Shown here: piece after piece, positions 27,458 through 41,268 of the stretch
Layout: the number at the start of each line of letters is the position of its first letter
How positions within the stretch are numbered: the stretch's first letter is position 1
NCBI GenBank assembly: GCA_964016885.1
Contig: OZ024741.1
Location: forward strand, 208,692,001 to 208,756,000
DNA length: 64,000 bases
Source: Eledone cirrhosa
Lineage: Eukaryota
Direction of reading: 5' to 3'
The notes under the pieces: model-generated
The model's database searches: none
Told to the model about the DNA's origin: nothing
The model's input: the letters and a program-made list of their open reading frames with translations, nothing else
Translations under genes and position numbers: made by a program

Positions 27458-27790
27458 ATGATGGCTGCAACTCGATTTCTAGTAATGCCACCGCTTGATA
27501 CTCAAGCGTGAGCATCACGGACGTGGCTTTTTAGACTTGTTAGGGAGTTGCTTATGGCCAGCAATACCATGCATCACAAAAAATGTCACTTATCAAGCCA
27601 TGCCTATGCTTGAAGCTTTTTTAAGTGAGGAAATGCTCTGCACGGACCAAATCCCACTCTCTGAATATCGAATGCATTTGCCCCAAAAGAAGAACTGGTA
27701 TATATCATTGAATATAAACGAAATCGCAGGTTTTATATCAGAGTGACTTTCTAGAGAGATGTATGTCTTAATCACTCGCCACACAAAAAA
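27458..27790 (-). mobile_element. RTE-derived non-autonomous element, diverged/partial
   Basis: Starts ATGATGGCTGCAA at a (TACA)n edge and shares blocks with 27915-28486. Confidence 0.6.
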
Positions 27791-27914
27791 TAAAATAAAT
27801 GCATAAACACATACAAACATACACACATACATACATACGTACATACATACATACATACATACATACATACATACATACATACATACATACATACATACAT
27901 ACATACATACATAC

Positions 27915-28486
27915 ATGGTGGCTGCCAACTCGTTTTCGAGTACAGCCACTACTTTATATCCATGTAGGCGAACCCCTACCGATGCACTGAACGAGTGTGA
28001 CTTTTTAGTCCAGCCAGCGACTTGAAAACTCTGGTACAAACACTACACTTGTGACAATTATTGACACAGTGCTGGGCCCATGGTACCATGTGACGACAAG
28101 TGCAGAGAGATCTCCAGATATAAAGCAATGCCTGTGCCGTGAAGCTTTTATAGTGAGCAAAGGCACTGCACAAAGCCAGTCCCACTCTCTTAACCAAGAT
28201 GATATTTACCAAAAAGAAGAACAAGTCAACATCATTGGATACCATCAGAGTTGCAGGTGTTATATCAGAGTTTTCCTTCTCCTAGAATTCTGCCTTGAGA
28301 AAGGGTAAGGGGTCATCTCTCCCTGTGATTTTGGATGGCCATTGACTCTTAAGAGCTCCTTTGCCCTTTGACAGGTTTTGTTTTTAGTCGTGCAGGATGT
28401 CCAAAGTCACCCTCCTCACCAAGAAACCTTGGTGGGGTTGCCAGTTTAGTCGCCAACGACCCGTCCATGAGACAGGTTGTACTGGG
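27915..28486 (-). mobile_element. RTE-derived bipartite non-autonomous element
   Basis: RTE 5'UTR-like CTAGGAGAAGGAAAACTCTG (28266-28285, minus) joined to a C2H2 terminus CSVCTRVFKSLAGLKSHTRSVH and a (GTAT)n tail. Confidence 0.72.
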
Positions 28487-28583
28487 ATACATACATACAT
28501 ACATACATACATACATACATACATGCATACATGCATACATGCATACATACATACATACATACATACATACATACGTACATACA

Positions 28584-28614
<31 letters not shown>

Positions 28615-29735
28615 TCCCTGTGTGATATACATATTCCCTGTGTGATAATCAAAAACTCACAACCAGGGAAGTCGCTCATCAGTATCGCAGTGAATCCATG
28701 GATGAAAAACTGCATGCTTATCAGCAAAAAATCATGCATGGATATGGTGCCGGGAAGCTCCAGAGTGAGAGTAATATAGATAAAGAAAGTAGTCTATCTT
28801 GGACCAACAACCGCTATATTGGCTCCCACTTTGAAGGATACGCTTTTGCAATCCAAGAACAGGAAATCAACACGAAAAACCTGATTTACAAAAGAGATAG
28901 GCATGCAGTCAAAACACCTAGATGTGATAACAAGTGCAGACTCTGTAGAACTAACATCGAGGATATCACCCATTTCATCAGCAGCTGTCCAAAGATGTCA
29001 TCGCGGTACTATCTACCTATGAGGCATGATGATGTGGCCAAAACACTGTACAATGCAATCCGTAGAAAAGGTAGCCCCGATAATAAACATTAAAAGCTAC
29101 AGCAATGTGGAAGAGATACATATACATAATATGAAAGAGTACTAGTGGAATGTTCCAGTAAAAACCCCAATAAAATGCAGACATAACAGACCAGATATTA
29201 TGATATGGGACAGGGAAAAGAAGGCATGCACAGTAGTGGAAGTTAGCTGCCTAGCAGATGCCAATATAATATCAAAGATTAGCGAAAAGGTGAATATTTA
29301 TGCAGAACTTAGGAGAAATCTGCTGATACTCCACCTTGATTATACCTTGAGATTTATGCCTGTTATCATTAGGGCACTGGGATATGTTAGTAACTGCCTC
29401 AATACAAATCTTGAGAAGCAGGGCTTCACAGGAATAGAAAGAACACAACTAGTTAGGCAATTACAAGTACAATCCATTAATGGAACGTTAAAAATATGTA
29501 AAACATTCCAAAAATTTGCATGTACAGATACTAAGCATATACACATGCACACATACAACTCAAAACATACACATCCACACATACAAAAACATCCATATCT
29601 GCACATGCATCCATGCAGACATGCAGACATATCTACCTAGTTGATGTTGTGTAAATTCCAATGAGAGAGTCTTGTGTCTATGTTAGAAACCGACTCTCTC
29701 TCTATTGGCAAAAATTTATGAAATTATAAAACTAG
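28615..29735 (+). mobile_element. R4/Dong-like (RLE) non-LTR retrotransposon 3' fragment
   Basis: AIQEQEINT, CRLC..EDITHFISSC..RHD, RPDIMIWD..VVEVSC (PD-(D/E)xK type). (TACA)n on both sides. Confidence 0.85.
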
Positions 29736-29781
29736 AAGAACATACATACATACATACATACATACATACATTCATACATAC

Positions 29782-30332
29782 TATGGGACAGGGAGAAGAA
29801 AGCATGCACAGTAGTGAAAATTAGCTGCCCAGCAGATGCCAATATAATATCAAAGATTAGCGAAAAGGAAAATATTTATGCAGAACTGATGAGAAATCTG
29901 CAGATACTCCACCCTGATTACACCTTCAGATTTATGCCTGTGATTATTGGAGCACTGGGATATGTTAGTAACTGCCTCAATACAAATCTTGTGAAGCTAG
30001 GTTTCACAGGAACAGAAAGAACACAACTAGTTAGGAAATTACAAGTACAATCCATTAATGGAACAGTAAAAATATGTAAAACATTCCAAAAATGTTGCAT
30101 CTAATAACTGCATATGCACATGTACAGATACAAAGCATATACACATGCACACATACAACTCAAAACATACACATCCACACATACAATAACATCCATATCT
30201 ACACATGCATGCATACATAATCTACCTAGTTGGTGTTGTGTAAATACCAATGAGAGAGTCTTGTGTCTATTTTAGAAACCGACTCTCTCTCTCTATTGGG
30301 AAAAAAATTGTGAAATTATAAAACCAGAAGAA
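29782..30332 (+). mobile_element. second, shorter copy of the same R4/Dong-like element
   Basis: Direct repeat of 29204-29735, with a different 5' truncation and a (TACA)n spacer. Confidence 0.88.
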
Positions 30333-30346
30333 TATATCTACATACA

Positions 30347-30843
30347 TGATGGCTGCAAACTCTGCTAAGAGTGTGGCAATCGCTTGTCAGATTATAGAAT
30401 GTGTTGCACTTTTAGGCTACCGCCAGCCACACGAACCTGTAACGTATCCTGAACAAGCAATGCCTGTGCGTTGAAGGTTTTTTAAGTGGGGAAAGGTCTT
30501 GCACTCGACCAATCCCACTCTCTGAGCACCGAAAACACAACCCGAACAGGAGAATTAGTCAACATCATCGGATGCTTCCGAAGCCGCAGGTTTTTTGTTT
30601 TTTCAGAGTTTCCATCTCCTAGAAAGCTGTTGTGACAACAACTGGGGGCCTTTCACTCCCAGGTGAAAACAAAAAACAAGTATTATTTGAATGGCCGTTG
30701 ACTCTGCTGAGTTCCTCAGCCCATTGCTGGGTCTTGCATTTCATCCTACAGGGTGTCCAAATGTCACCCTCCTCACCAAGCAAGCTTGGTAGGGTTTCCG
30801 GTTTAGTCGCCGACGATCCGACCATGAAACAGGCTGTACTTGG
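30347..30843 (-). mobile_element. RTE-derived bipartite element, subfamily 2
   Basis: Highly similar to 36740-37248, with the same termini as 27915-28486. Confidence 0.72.
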
Positions 30844-31185
30844 TTACATGTTACCAGTTACATACACCATTTTCCTCAGTTTGTTCCCTGTCTAGACAAA
30901 TTGTCATAGAAGGTTATTTAACTTACATACTTTCATTCTTTCACTTCTTTAGTTTCATTTCCCCCATGTTATTTATTTTAATAAATCAAATTTAATGAAT
31001 GCGATGTAAATGTTCTTAACATTTCTTTACAGAGATGCAGGCATAGCTATTTAAGGAATTTGATTCACAACCATGTGGCTCTGTGTTATGTCCCGTGGCG
31101 TTGCACCTGGGACAAATATCTACTATAGCCTCGGACTGACAAATGTCTTGTAGATGAAATGTCTTGTATATCAATATATATATAT

Positions 31186-31311
<126 letters not shown>

Positions 31312-31350
31312 ATATTAAATAAATGGAAACTATATTTATAAAACCATATT

Positions 31351-31412
31351 TATTCTATTATATATATTTCAAGGGTACCAAAAACTTTGGCACGCTTTCA
31401 TCAGATAAAATA
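31351..31412 (-). ncRNA. type I hammerhead ribozyme
   Basis: UAUUUUAU-CUGAUGA-AAGcGUGCCA...UGGUACcCUU-GAAA-UAUAUA-UA-AUAGAAUA. Confidence 0.88.
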
Positions 31413-31560
31413 CAAAGTGTGTTTTATAAATTTTGATATAGCCAAGAAAACATACCTTATCAGTTGAATTTTCCTTAGGTAGTGGAAAGTTTACCCAAGG
31501 AAAATTCAACTGATAAGGTATGTTTCCTTGGCTATGTCAAAATTTATAAAACACACTATA

Positions 31561-31622
31561 TATTTTATCTGATGAAAGCGTACCATAGTTGTTGGTACTC
31601 TTGAAATATATATAATAGAATA
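31561..31622 (+). ncRNA. type I hammerhead ribozyme
   Basis: UAUUUUAU-CUGAUGA-AAGcGUACCA(uaguugu)UGGUACuCUU-GAAA-UAUAUA-UA-AUAGAAUA, with an 8-bp stem I. Confidence 0.9.
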
Positions 31623-31759
31623 AATATGATTTAAATATTGATATTTTATAAATATAGTTTCCATTTATTTAATATCATTGAATTTTTACTCCAGAAATCG
31701 GTCGAGTGCTCCAACAAATTAAATATCCCTTCTACTTATATATATATATATATATATCC

Positions 31760-32100
31760 TTATGTGGATGACGACTGAAAAGAAAGAATATTCAATACCA
31801 AAGAAGAGTTTTAATATTCATTTTATTAAGGCTAAATAGAGAGTCTTGTTACACTGTAGTTTCACTTGTTTATCACAGGATCATCAGTTCGACTGTCTTT
31901 CCATTGTATTAGCCAGAAGATCTCCGACCGTCGGAGCGCTCTACCGGCTACAAGTAGCTGGGGGTGTAAATCCGTATGTCATTGACGGCTGAGAGAAAAG
32001 CGTACTCAATACCGAAGTAGAGTTTTAATATTCGTTTTACTGAGGGTAAATAGTGAGTCTTGTTAATCTGGAGTTTCGCCTGGAGTTAAACCATCAAGCA
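31760..32100 (-). mobile_element. tandem pLTR relic with degenerate HHR (31843-31894)
   Basis: Direct repeat 31786-31865 / 32000-32078. Minus-strand CUGAUGA...GAAA-CUACAG-UG. Confidence 0.55.
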
Positions 32101-32368
32101 CACCAATCTTTATATTTACCTTAACCCCTCAGCGCTTCGTAAAAGTCCGAGAGATCGGCTATGAATACACGATATATATATATAAAAAACCTTACATTCT
32201 AATATATATGTGTGTGTGTGTGTGCGTGCGTGTGTGTGCGTGAGTGTGTGTTTTTGTGTGCGTGTGTGTGCGTATGCGTGCTTGTGTGTGTGTTCCACAA
32301 AAATACCGCGATACTAACCTTTAAAACCTATGTTCTAATGGCTGAACCCAGTAAAATAATAAAATACT

Positions 32369-32550
32369 TGTTTCTACTTTAGGCACAAGGCCAGCATTAT
32401 ATACAGTGCATTACTGGTACTTTATTTTATCGACCCCGTTAGGATGAAAGGCAAAGTCAACCTCGGCGGGATTTGAACTCAGATCGTAAAGGAACGTAAC
32501 TATGCTGTAAAGCATGGCGTCCGACCCTCTACCGATACTGCCAATCCACT
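32369..32550 (-). mobile_element. tRNA-derived SINE
   Basis: Same family as 16441. Confidence 0.9.
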
Positions 32551-32891
32551 AATGAATGTTTCTTGACATTGAGTTTCATCTAAAATATACACTCACAACC
32601 TACATCTGCACCAGCACTACCACCACAACAAGCACAGATGTTTTTTTTTAAATCATAATGAACATCAAATTTGAGATGAAGCGAGACTAAAATATTTTTA
32701 AATCCTTGAACTTTTTTCATTTATTAACGAACCCGAGATTAAAGCCGGATACTTTCTGTTAATATTTTACGTAATGTGAGATTGGGTGTTTGAGCGACTG
32801 TGTTTCCCAGCATTTAAGGAAAAGTGAGCTCCTGATAACATTACAGTTAATCAGTTAATGTATTCTGATCTTGAGCAAGTACTGTATTTTA

Positions 32892-33077
32892 GTGTGGATT
32901 GGCAGTATCGGTAGAGGGTCGGACACCATGATTTGCAGCAAAGAGTTACGGCCCTTTATGGTCTGAGTTCAAATCCCGCCGATGTTAACTTTCCCTTTCA
33001 TCCATACGGGGTCGATAAAATAAAGTACCAGTAATGCACTGGGTAATTGCTGGCCCTGTGCTAAAAGTAGAAACAAT
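32892..33077 (+). mobile_element. tRNA-derived SINE
   Basis: A box TGGCAGTATCGG, B box GAGTTCAAATCC, same core. Confidence 0.9.
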
Positions 33078-35347
33078 TATTTGTATCAAGAGAATGTGCC
33101 GACCAGATATTGTCATTGTTCAGGAATCTAGGCCAATATATAAGTCTTTTTTCCTGCTTTCATACCGATGAATCTCAGTAATCCGAAATATATGTCCTGT
33201 TCAGTCACATGAACCAAAGTTCTGTTTCCAGATGGATTTTCTATCCCCACCACCACCGCCAAATATCTGATATTCTATATTTGTTTCACGGAATAATGAA
33301 GGGGCTTAATCCAATCAAACCCCAAAATATAGTTGTTGTTGTTTATATCCTTCTATTACTTCCTGTAAGACGGTCTATTAGCAGAGCCGGCAGAGCGTTA
33401 GATTGAATGCGTTGAGATATTCGTTCCGGTTCTCTGCGCTTGGAGTTCAAATCTCGCCAAATCGTTCTTTCTCATTCGTTCTTTCGTTGTCAATGAAAAT
33501 AAGTAGCAGTCCAGTGCTGGTTCCTTCAAACTGTCATATTCTGGATGTTCTGCCGGGTCAAGGGTAAAGATCTGAGAAGGTTACTAGTGTGTATGCGACT
33601 ACACGAGCACCATTACCGAAATCATGTTACTCAATTGCGCGTGACGGCTGTAGTTTTTTACATTAGTCCCTGTTTTGACTCTAAACTGTCAGAGATTTAA
33701 TCCCTAGCATTCAACAAAGTGTTGTTAATGTTTTAATTCCAGTACCCAGAATCCTCTCAATTCACATTGAACAAACAAACAATATAGCAGGAAATATGAG
33801 GACAATGTAGTTAAATATTCACTTACTAACACACGACACTCCTTTATACATAAATACACTGTAACCCCCTTCCTCGCTCTCTCTTTCACTCACTATTCCT
33901 TTCTCTCCCTCCCCTCTCTCTTTCACATATGCCGCTTCCACAACGGCCGCTGTGGAAGCGGCCTCTTTCACACTAAATTAGAATGTTATGTACCCCTTTC
34001 ACCTGGGCAAATCTGATGCCCGCTATTCTGTTTTTTTGTTTGTTTGTTTTTTTGCACCATTACTGTGTCCCGGGCCCCCAAACTTCCACGTGAAGCGGTT
34101 CGTTAAATCCTTTCTCTTTTTACCTAAACTCCATTGGAATTCGTGTCTGCTTGTTCTCTACAGATACCAACCTATGTAATTTCAACCTTCACATCAACCA
34201 CATACACCTCACAAGCCCAGACTTAGAAGAACGAGGAAAGCTCTATTCTGTTGGTCAATCTGCTAGAGACAGCAGGCCATTCTCCTTTAAACAATGTTCT
34301 ATCGTTTTGTTCAAAAGGAAGGATACATTGGATAATGTAGTCGTCGATACACGACACCCCAAGAAAGGTACATTTGGAACAAAACAACGTCTCCAGAGAG
34401 CTATCTTACAAACCATGTAAAGTATTCTGAAACAATAACAAAAACGTCCCAAGAGAGTTTTTTCTGCTCCATATGCAAGGCATGTCTGAAACAACATTAT
34501 CAACAACAATAACAACATAAGTACTATATGTCTGTTGGATCAGGGTTGACCTGAATCTACACCACAATAGCAACTATACAATCATCAGTAACAACTGCTG
34601 ATCGCTATTAAGCTATGACTACATAACAACAATCTCTAGTCGAATGTTCTACAATTGATTTAATGTATCGTCTTAGACAAGAGGCTTACTTGATCAAGGG
34701 TGACCTTGTTAAACCGTGCAACTACCTCGTGAGCCAGTGAAGGATTCTCAACTTAACTGATCAACCTGCTACTAATAACAGCTAAATCTCCCCCAAATCG
34801 AGTCCTATCATCTTAAAAAAAAGAAAAGACACATTGAATACTGTAGTTTTCGATATTCAAATTATGGAATAGTAACAATTGGAATATATATAATAAAAGG
34901 TTCTACTTTACAAAAGCTGACAGGCTAGAAACGATCAAAGCTCACCAGTTTCTGGAGGCTTACAAAGGCTATGAGCCTTCCTTCTCAGACTAATATGCAA
35001 GACAACAAAGTTCTTATTTATTCATAGGTCAAACCTGGTCGAGTCGACTTATAATCAAAAGTATTCCAGTCGTGATACTCACGTTTTTCTTTTAGATCGC
35101 AAACTACTATATTCAATATATCGTTTTTTTAAAGACGCTAGAATATGGTTTGAGAGTGATTTGACAGCTCTTTCTAGTAGGTCGGGTGACTACGTACAGT
35201 CTCCTATTCCTAAAAGTGTGGTGTATGGATGGCAGAAGTGAACAAGATGAAGTCATCTGGTGAATGAGATCAGAGTGCTGCCTAATGTAGCATGACGTGC
35301 ACATAGGGTGGATAGAGGAAAGAGAAGGGATTACACACAAACGCGCG

Positions 35348-35441
<94 letters not shown>

Positions 35442-36135
35442 TATGTATATATATATTGGTATCAGCCCCCTCTCTATTTACTTCATCCTGGAGACGATGA
35501 ACACGTGATGTGACGTCATTTGAACACATTCTAATGTGAGTGCAAGACAAGAGAAATGTGTTGCTGCTTGTTTAAGAGACTGACAAAAGGATGATTGAAT
35601 AATAGTGTTGTTTAGGATATGTTTAGGAGGTCAAGGGGCCATGGTCATCCTAGAAATTGGTGTTGTCGTAGTGTGAATTGTGTGGGGATAAAGTAGAAAA
35701 AATAGTCGAGGTATAGAGTTGGGCGAGTGAGAAATGCTAATTTGTACCCTTTTTCTAATACCTGTTTCCCTTTCAAGAGCGTAAGCAAATTTAACCAAGG
35801 TAAATATAAACGGGAAGAAAGAGAGAGAGAGAGGGGAGAAGGAGAGGGTGAAAAGAGAAAGAGAGAGAGTAAGAGATAGAAGGAGAGGGGGAATAGAGTG
35901 ACAAAGAGAGATTAAAAGAGAAACTGAGAGGGAGCAAAGACTATGAAAAGATGAGAGACATGAAGGAGAAGGGAAGAGTAAGAAAGAAGAGGATATACGT
36001 GACCAGATATTGGGGGAGTGAGATCAAACGGTGAGAAAATTGGACACAAAGTAAATACAGAGAGAAAATCTGAGATTCATTCTTCTCCCGCTTTCTGTCT
36101 ACCTGTCATACATACATACATACATACATACATAC

Positions 36136-36631
36136 ATGGTGGCTGCCAACTCGTTTTCGAGTACGGCCACTACTTTATATCCATGTAGGAGAACCCCTAC
36201 CGATGCGCTGAACGCTGTGACGTTTTAGTCCAGCCAGCGACTTGAAAACTCTGGTACAAACACTACACTTGTGACAATTATTGACACATAGTGCTGGGCC
36301 CATGGTACCATGTGACGACAAGTGCAGAGAGATCTCCAGGTATAAAGCAATGCCTGTGCCGTGAAGCTTTTATAGTGAGCAAAGGCACTGCACAAAGCCA
36401 GTCCCACTCTCTTAACTAAGATGATATTTACCAAAAAGAAGAACAAGTCAACATCATTGGATACCATCAGGGTTGCAGGTGTTATATCAGAGTTTTCCTT
36501 CTCCTAGAATTCTGCCTTGACAAAGGCTAAGGGGTCATCTCTCCCTAGCTACATATTCTATCACCAAGTAAACTTGGTGGGGTTACCGGTTTAGTCGCCT
36601 TCGACCCGACCATGCGACAGGTTGTACTGGG
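36136..36631 (-). mobile_element. RTE-derived bipartite element
   Basis: Near-identical to 27915-28323 plus the same terminus. (TACA)n flanks. Confidence 0.75.
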
Positions 36632-36662
<31 letters not shown>

Positions 36663-36739
36663 CGTACATACGTACATACATACATACATACATACATACA
36701 TACATACATACATACATACATACATACATACATACATAC

Positions 36740-37248
36740 ATGATGGCTGCAAACACTGCTAAGAGTACTGCAATCGGTTGTCACATTATAGAGTTTGGTG
36801 CACTTTTAGGCTACCGCTAGCCACACAAACCTGTAACATATCCTGAACAAGCAATGCCTGTGCTTTGAAGGGCTTTTTTTAAGTGGAGAAAGGCCTTGCA
36901 CTCGACCAATCCCATTCTCTGAGCAACGAAAATACTACCTGAAAAGGAGAAATGGTCAACATCATCGGATGCTTCCGAAGCCGCAGGTTTTTTTCAGAGT
37001 TTCCCTCTCCTAGAAAGGTGTTGTGACAACAACTGGGGGCCTTTCACTCGCAAGTGAAAAAAAAAACAGTAATATTTGGATGGCCGTTGACTCTGAGTTC
37101 CTCTGAGTTGCTGAGTTCCTCCGCTCTTTGTCCGGTCTTGTATTTCATCCCGCAGGGTGTCCAAATATCACCCTCCTCACCAAGCAAGCTTGGTGGGGTT
37201 GCCGTTTTAATCGCCAACGACCCGACCATGAGACAGTTTGTACTGAGA
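36740..37248 (-). mobile_element. RTE-derived bipartite element, subfamily 2
   Basis: Homolog of 30347-30843. (TACA)n flank. Confidence 0.75.
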
Positions 37249-37714
37249 TACATGTTACCAGTAGCACTCGAGAGCGACCTGACATAACATGCATACATTT
37301 CTACATACATAAATACATATATATACACGTACATACATATATATATATATATACGTACAAGCATACATATATACATACATACACACTCACACAGGCACGC
37401 ACGCGCACACACACACATATATAAGGGGCCATGGTCATATATATATATATATCAAAGATATATCTTGAGTTAGAAACTCAAAATAGTCTCTTACAATAAA
37501 ATAGCTCAAGGAAAGAGATTTTTCCGAGCCGTATATATATAATTGAATTTAAAAGAAAAACAAACACAGATATATACATATATGTGTTCAAATCGTAAGG
37601 GACCAGATTCCCTAAGGTGAAAAGAATACTAACTATAGACAATAGGGTTTGCCAGACTCAATTTAAGAATAAATCAAGAAAATAAATACAAACCGGAATT
37701 GTGGTAACTACCAA

Positions 37715-37794
37715 TCACTAAGACACCTTTGGCTATGCTGTTTCGCAAGATTAATTGTGAAGAGGAATACCGATTCTTGCTCATCAGTGGGTGA
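37715..37794 (-). ncRNA. hammerhead ribozyme, partly degenerate, extended stem III
   Basis: UCACCCA-CUGAUGA-GCAAGA...UCUUGC-GAAA-CA...UG-UC-UUAGUGA. Confidence 0.6.
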
Positions 37795-38039
37795 AGAATT
37801 AGTATCCTGGTCACTTCTAAGTATATTAAAAAAACTGAATAGTGTGCGTATATATAATAACGCACATGGTATCGGAACTTAGCGTGTCTCACAAACTCAC
37901 ACCAATAAAAATAGCAGCCAGGTTTATTCAACATTTTTTAATAATTAATTAATTCTTCATTGAGCCACGCCAAACTCATATATGTATCAGTGACTATGTC
38001 TAATTATATACATATATCCCTTTGAATTTAATATATATA

Positions 38040-38109
<70 letters not shown>

Positions 38110-38112
<3 letters not shown>

Positions 38113-40750
38113 CAAAACAGTGTTGGTAAAATCCAGTATTTCAGTATGCGGATAGGGAACACTCAACGAAGATATAGATTCTGGAGTTATAATTGTGACG
38201 AAACATAAGTCAATTGTATGAACTCATAATACTTTATTTACCGCTATATATATTTCGATGATAGCCATTGTATGGCTATGAAATGCCAGCTCTGGGTTTT
38301 TGGTGTTGATGGTTTTAGAGCCTTGGGACATATGAGCTTGTTAGGGATAATTTAATGTTGTCAGCAGGAATAATCTTAATTCTCATTGGTCAGTTTGTAG
38401 ATGCTAGTAGGATTGGTATCTAACCTCAAAGAGGCAGGTGGTGTTGTAAAGTTCAGACCGTGGTTGACTTGTCCATGCACTCACACCCACCCCCTAGACA
38501 CACACACAAATCCATACAGATGCGTATATATATGTATGTACACACAAGTGCGTGTATATATATACAAAAGAGGCCCCCATATTCAAGTATAAGGCAGAAA
38601 TAAAAAGAGGTGGGTGTTATTTTTAAAGAAAAGTAAAGTGGGTGTTTGCAAAAGAGAAAAATTAAAAAGGAAAAATTATTGTTTAGACTAGACAAAAGTA
38701 GGGTGTGATATATATCTTCACAGTAATAGCTTAGGGGCTTTGGAGCTTAGGCGATTCCCTTCGTACAGACATATACAGGTACACGCACCCACCCACACTT
38801 GTATACCTCTGGATGCGTGTGTATGTCTATATACACAAGTACATTCATACAAGCGAGCATATACAAATATACTCTTAAGCACACACTTGAACATTTTTCA
38901 AATGTAACCTGGGGTATTAGTATTTCGTTGCGTTCACATAAGTGCGTACATTCACCTAATTCCGGTATACACTCACAACGTACGATTGCAGGCACGCATT
39001 CATGTGTATAGGGTTAGTACCTTAGGATAATCGCTCGTCTTGTGTGGGCCACTCCCGTTCATCAGGTTCAAAAAACGTGGTTTTGCTGACTCCTAACAAT
39101 ACGCGGATGTGGTGGACAATCCACTTTGGGGACCACAAACTATATGTGGGTGTTGTTGCCCATTGGTCATTGGTACGGGGTGTAGGTAGCCCTACAAGGG
39201 GGGAACCCCGCCAATTTCATGTATCTCGCCAGTTCATTAGAGCTTGCCCAGTATGTGAGGAGCTACGGGGGTGGGCCTATGGGTGCGGTGTGTGTGAAAA
39301 AGTACGGGGTGGTGCTAGCCTATTATAGGAGTGCCGAAATTACTACTAAGGGGTGGTCGGTGGGGGGGGGGGCATTGTGGGAGCCCGTATCCGGGGTTTA
39401 TCCATATAGCTTGACGAAAGTTCCCGTCCTAAGGTGTCTGCAGGTGCCGAATAACTCGGCCCTTCTGTTTAATAGCTTGGTTCCGCCATGAAGTATCTCG
39501 AGTGTCTCACTAAGACAGAGGTTGCAAGTACCAGACCCACTTCTGTCTGGCGGAACCTTCCTAACCACGGACCAGACCAAAGGGTGCGGGTTCCCTTCAA
39601 GTTTGAGCTTCTAGATCAATTCAGAAAGGGCTGTACATTTCCTCTTTTCTACTCTGTTAAAGGAATGGCGATGGTTATACCACCTATCTTTGAAGCTCAT
39701 CACCGTGGATCCTATGTAGTGGTGCTCCGAGTTAGGGGTTGTGACCCTGCACCTATAGAGTACGTTTTTCGTCATGCATTCATTACTAAGAGGGTATAGG
39801 GATGGGTTTCTGCAATTGCATGACTTTTTAAGCCCCTGCACATGTACCGTGGGGTTACCATCAGGTGGGGTTGGCTGAGTAGCCGCCGCATCCAGCACAG
39901 GGTCGTTTGATTGCATTGTGCTAGTTGGGCCTGCCCGTGTGCTGGTTCCGTTGGGTGGCAATGGAAAAGGTTTACGGTGGTATTAGAGGAAGTGAGCCTA
40001 CTCCTATTTATGCCGGCTATGTGCTGGGCTATGGAGTGTGTGGTTGAGTAGGATAGTTTCACCGTGTGCCTGTTGAATATTTTATGGTACTTGTGGGCCC
40101 TAGGGAAACATTTATCCAGTACTCTAAAGAATGTTCTAGCCAGGCTGGTACGTAGACCCACCGAGTATACCTTCCTGGTCCTATTCCTGCGGGGTAGTTG
40201 GGTGACCGCCGTGGTCCATCGCGGGGTGGTGCATAGCTCAGGCCGAGCTCGGTTGGTGTTACTCAGGTGTGCAGCGCGGGTACCATTCGTTGTTCGGTCA
40301 CTATCAAGAGGGTTATATGGGCCCACCGTGGGGCTATAAACCTGCGCGGTGTGGCCCCCCTGCTCAATGAGGGTTCGGCGGGCGGTGGGGAAGGGGCAGG
40401 GATGCCTATGCTCCGCATTACAGTGGTCTTCAGTGTTGTAGGTATTAGACCGGTGGGGTGTGCGGGACCTTCTACCAAGGGTGGTGGCGGTTACCCGTCT
40501 GGGAGTATTACTACTGGTCACCGTGGTATTAGGTGGGCGACTCATGCCCCTGAGGGTATTGGCCCGGGGCACCCTTGGGTCATCTCGATCATGTCCCTTA
40601 GGGTTATAGCTGATCCTATGGCTTTGGGACGCCTTAGCTAGCGGTGAGTTATAATAATCAGCATTACTATTGAAAATCTCTTTATTGGCAGACAAGATAG
40701 AGATCCTGTCAGAAACACTCTTAATTACGGCCTTAACTATAGATCTAGGG
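38110..40750 (-). mobile_element. Penelope-like element (Naiad-type) 3' part with long 3' region
   Basis: FNRHTVKLSYS, SCNCRN..PL..ECM..VLYRC..HYIGST, CNLCLSE, CRH. Same group as 11837. Confidence 0.85.
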
Positions 40751-41029
40751 TGATATACATTATATTAATAAATGGAAACTATATTTATAAAACCATAATT
40801 ATTTTATTATATATATTTCTATATGTATATATATTTAGGTTTGAAGGTTCACCACTGGATAGAGGTGGTCAATTCCGTATGGTCAATCTTGATGTAATAA
40901 TATGGAGAGTACTCAACGTAAAGCAGCTCAACCGTCTTCGTTTGTCTAGTTGGTGGTGCGAGTACGGAGTTAAATATTATAATAAAATAACAGGAGGCTT
41001 GACTTGTGTAAATCCTTGAAAGGTTTATT

Positions 41030-41087
41030 ATACTATGATCATTTCAATGACCGGGTTCCGTATGAATCCGGTGATATCATCAGGTAT
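41030..41087 (-). ncRNA. type I hammerhead ribozyme in an orphan pLTR
   Basis: AUAC-CUGAUGA-uaucACCGGaUUC(auacg)GAAcCCGGUcauu-GAAA-UGAUCA-UA-GUAU, then AATAAA. Confidence 0.83.
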
Positions 41088-41203
41088 TCGAAATATAATA
41101 AATGAATGTAACAGATAAAACCCATGGGGCTAAAAAATCATAGACCCGAGGACGACCGACCATCTAGCATCCTCCACTTTAGCCGGTCGCCCTCAAGTAT
41201 ATG

Positions 41204-41268
<65 letters not shown>

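Noticed and set aside
32892-32980. tRNA gene
   Set aside because: A/B boxes belong to SINE heads; no cloverleaf.
38235-38295. HHR-like relic (stem + GAAA-UAUAUA-UA, minus); a similar one at 21408-21482
   Set aside because: CUGANGA core and stem I are not recoverable, so not called.
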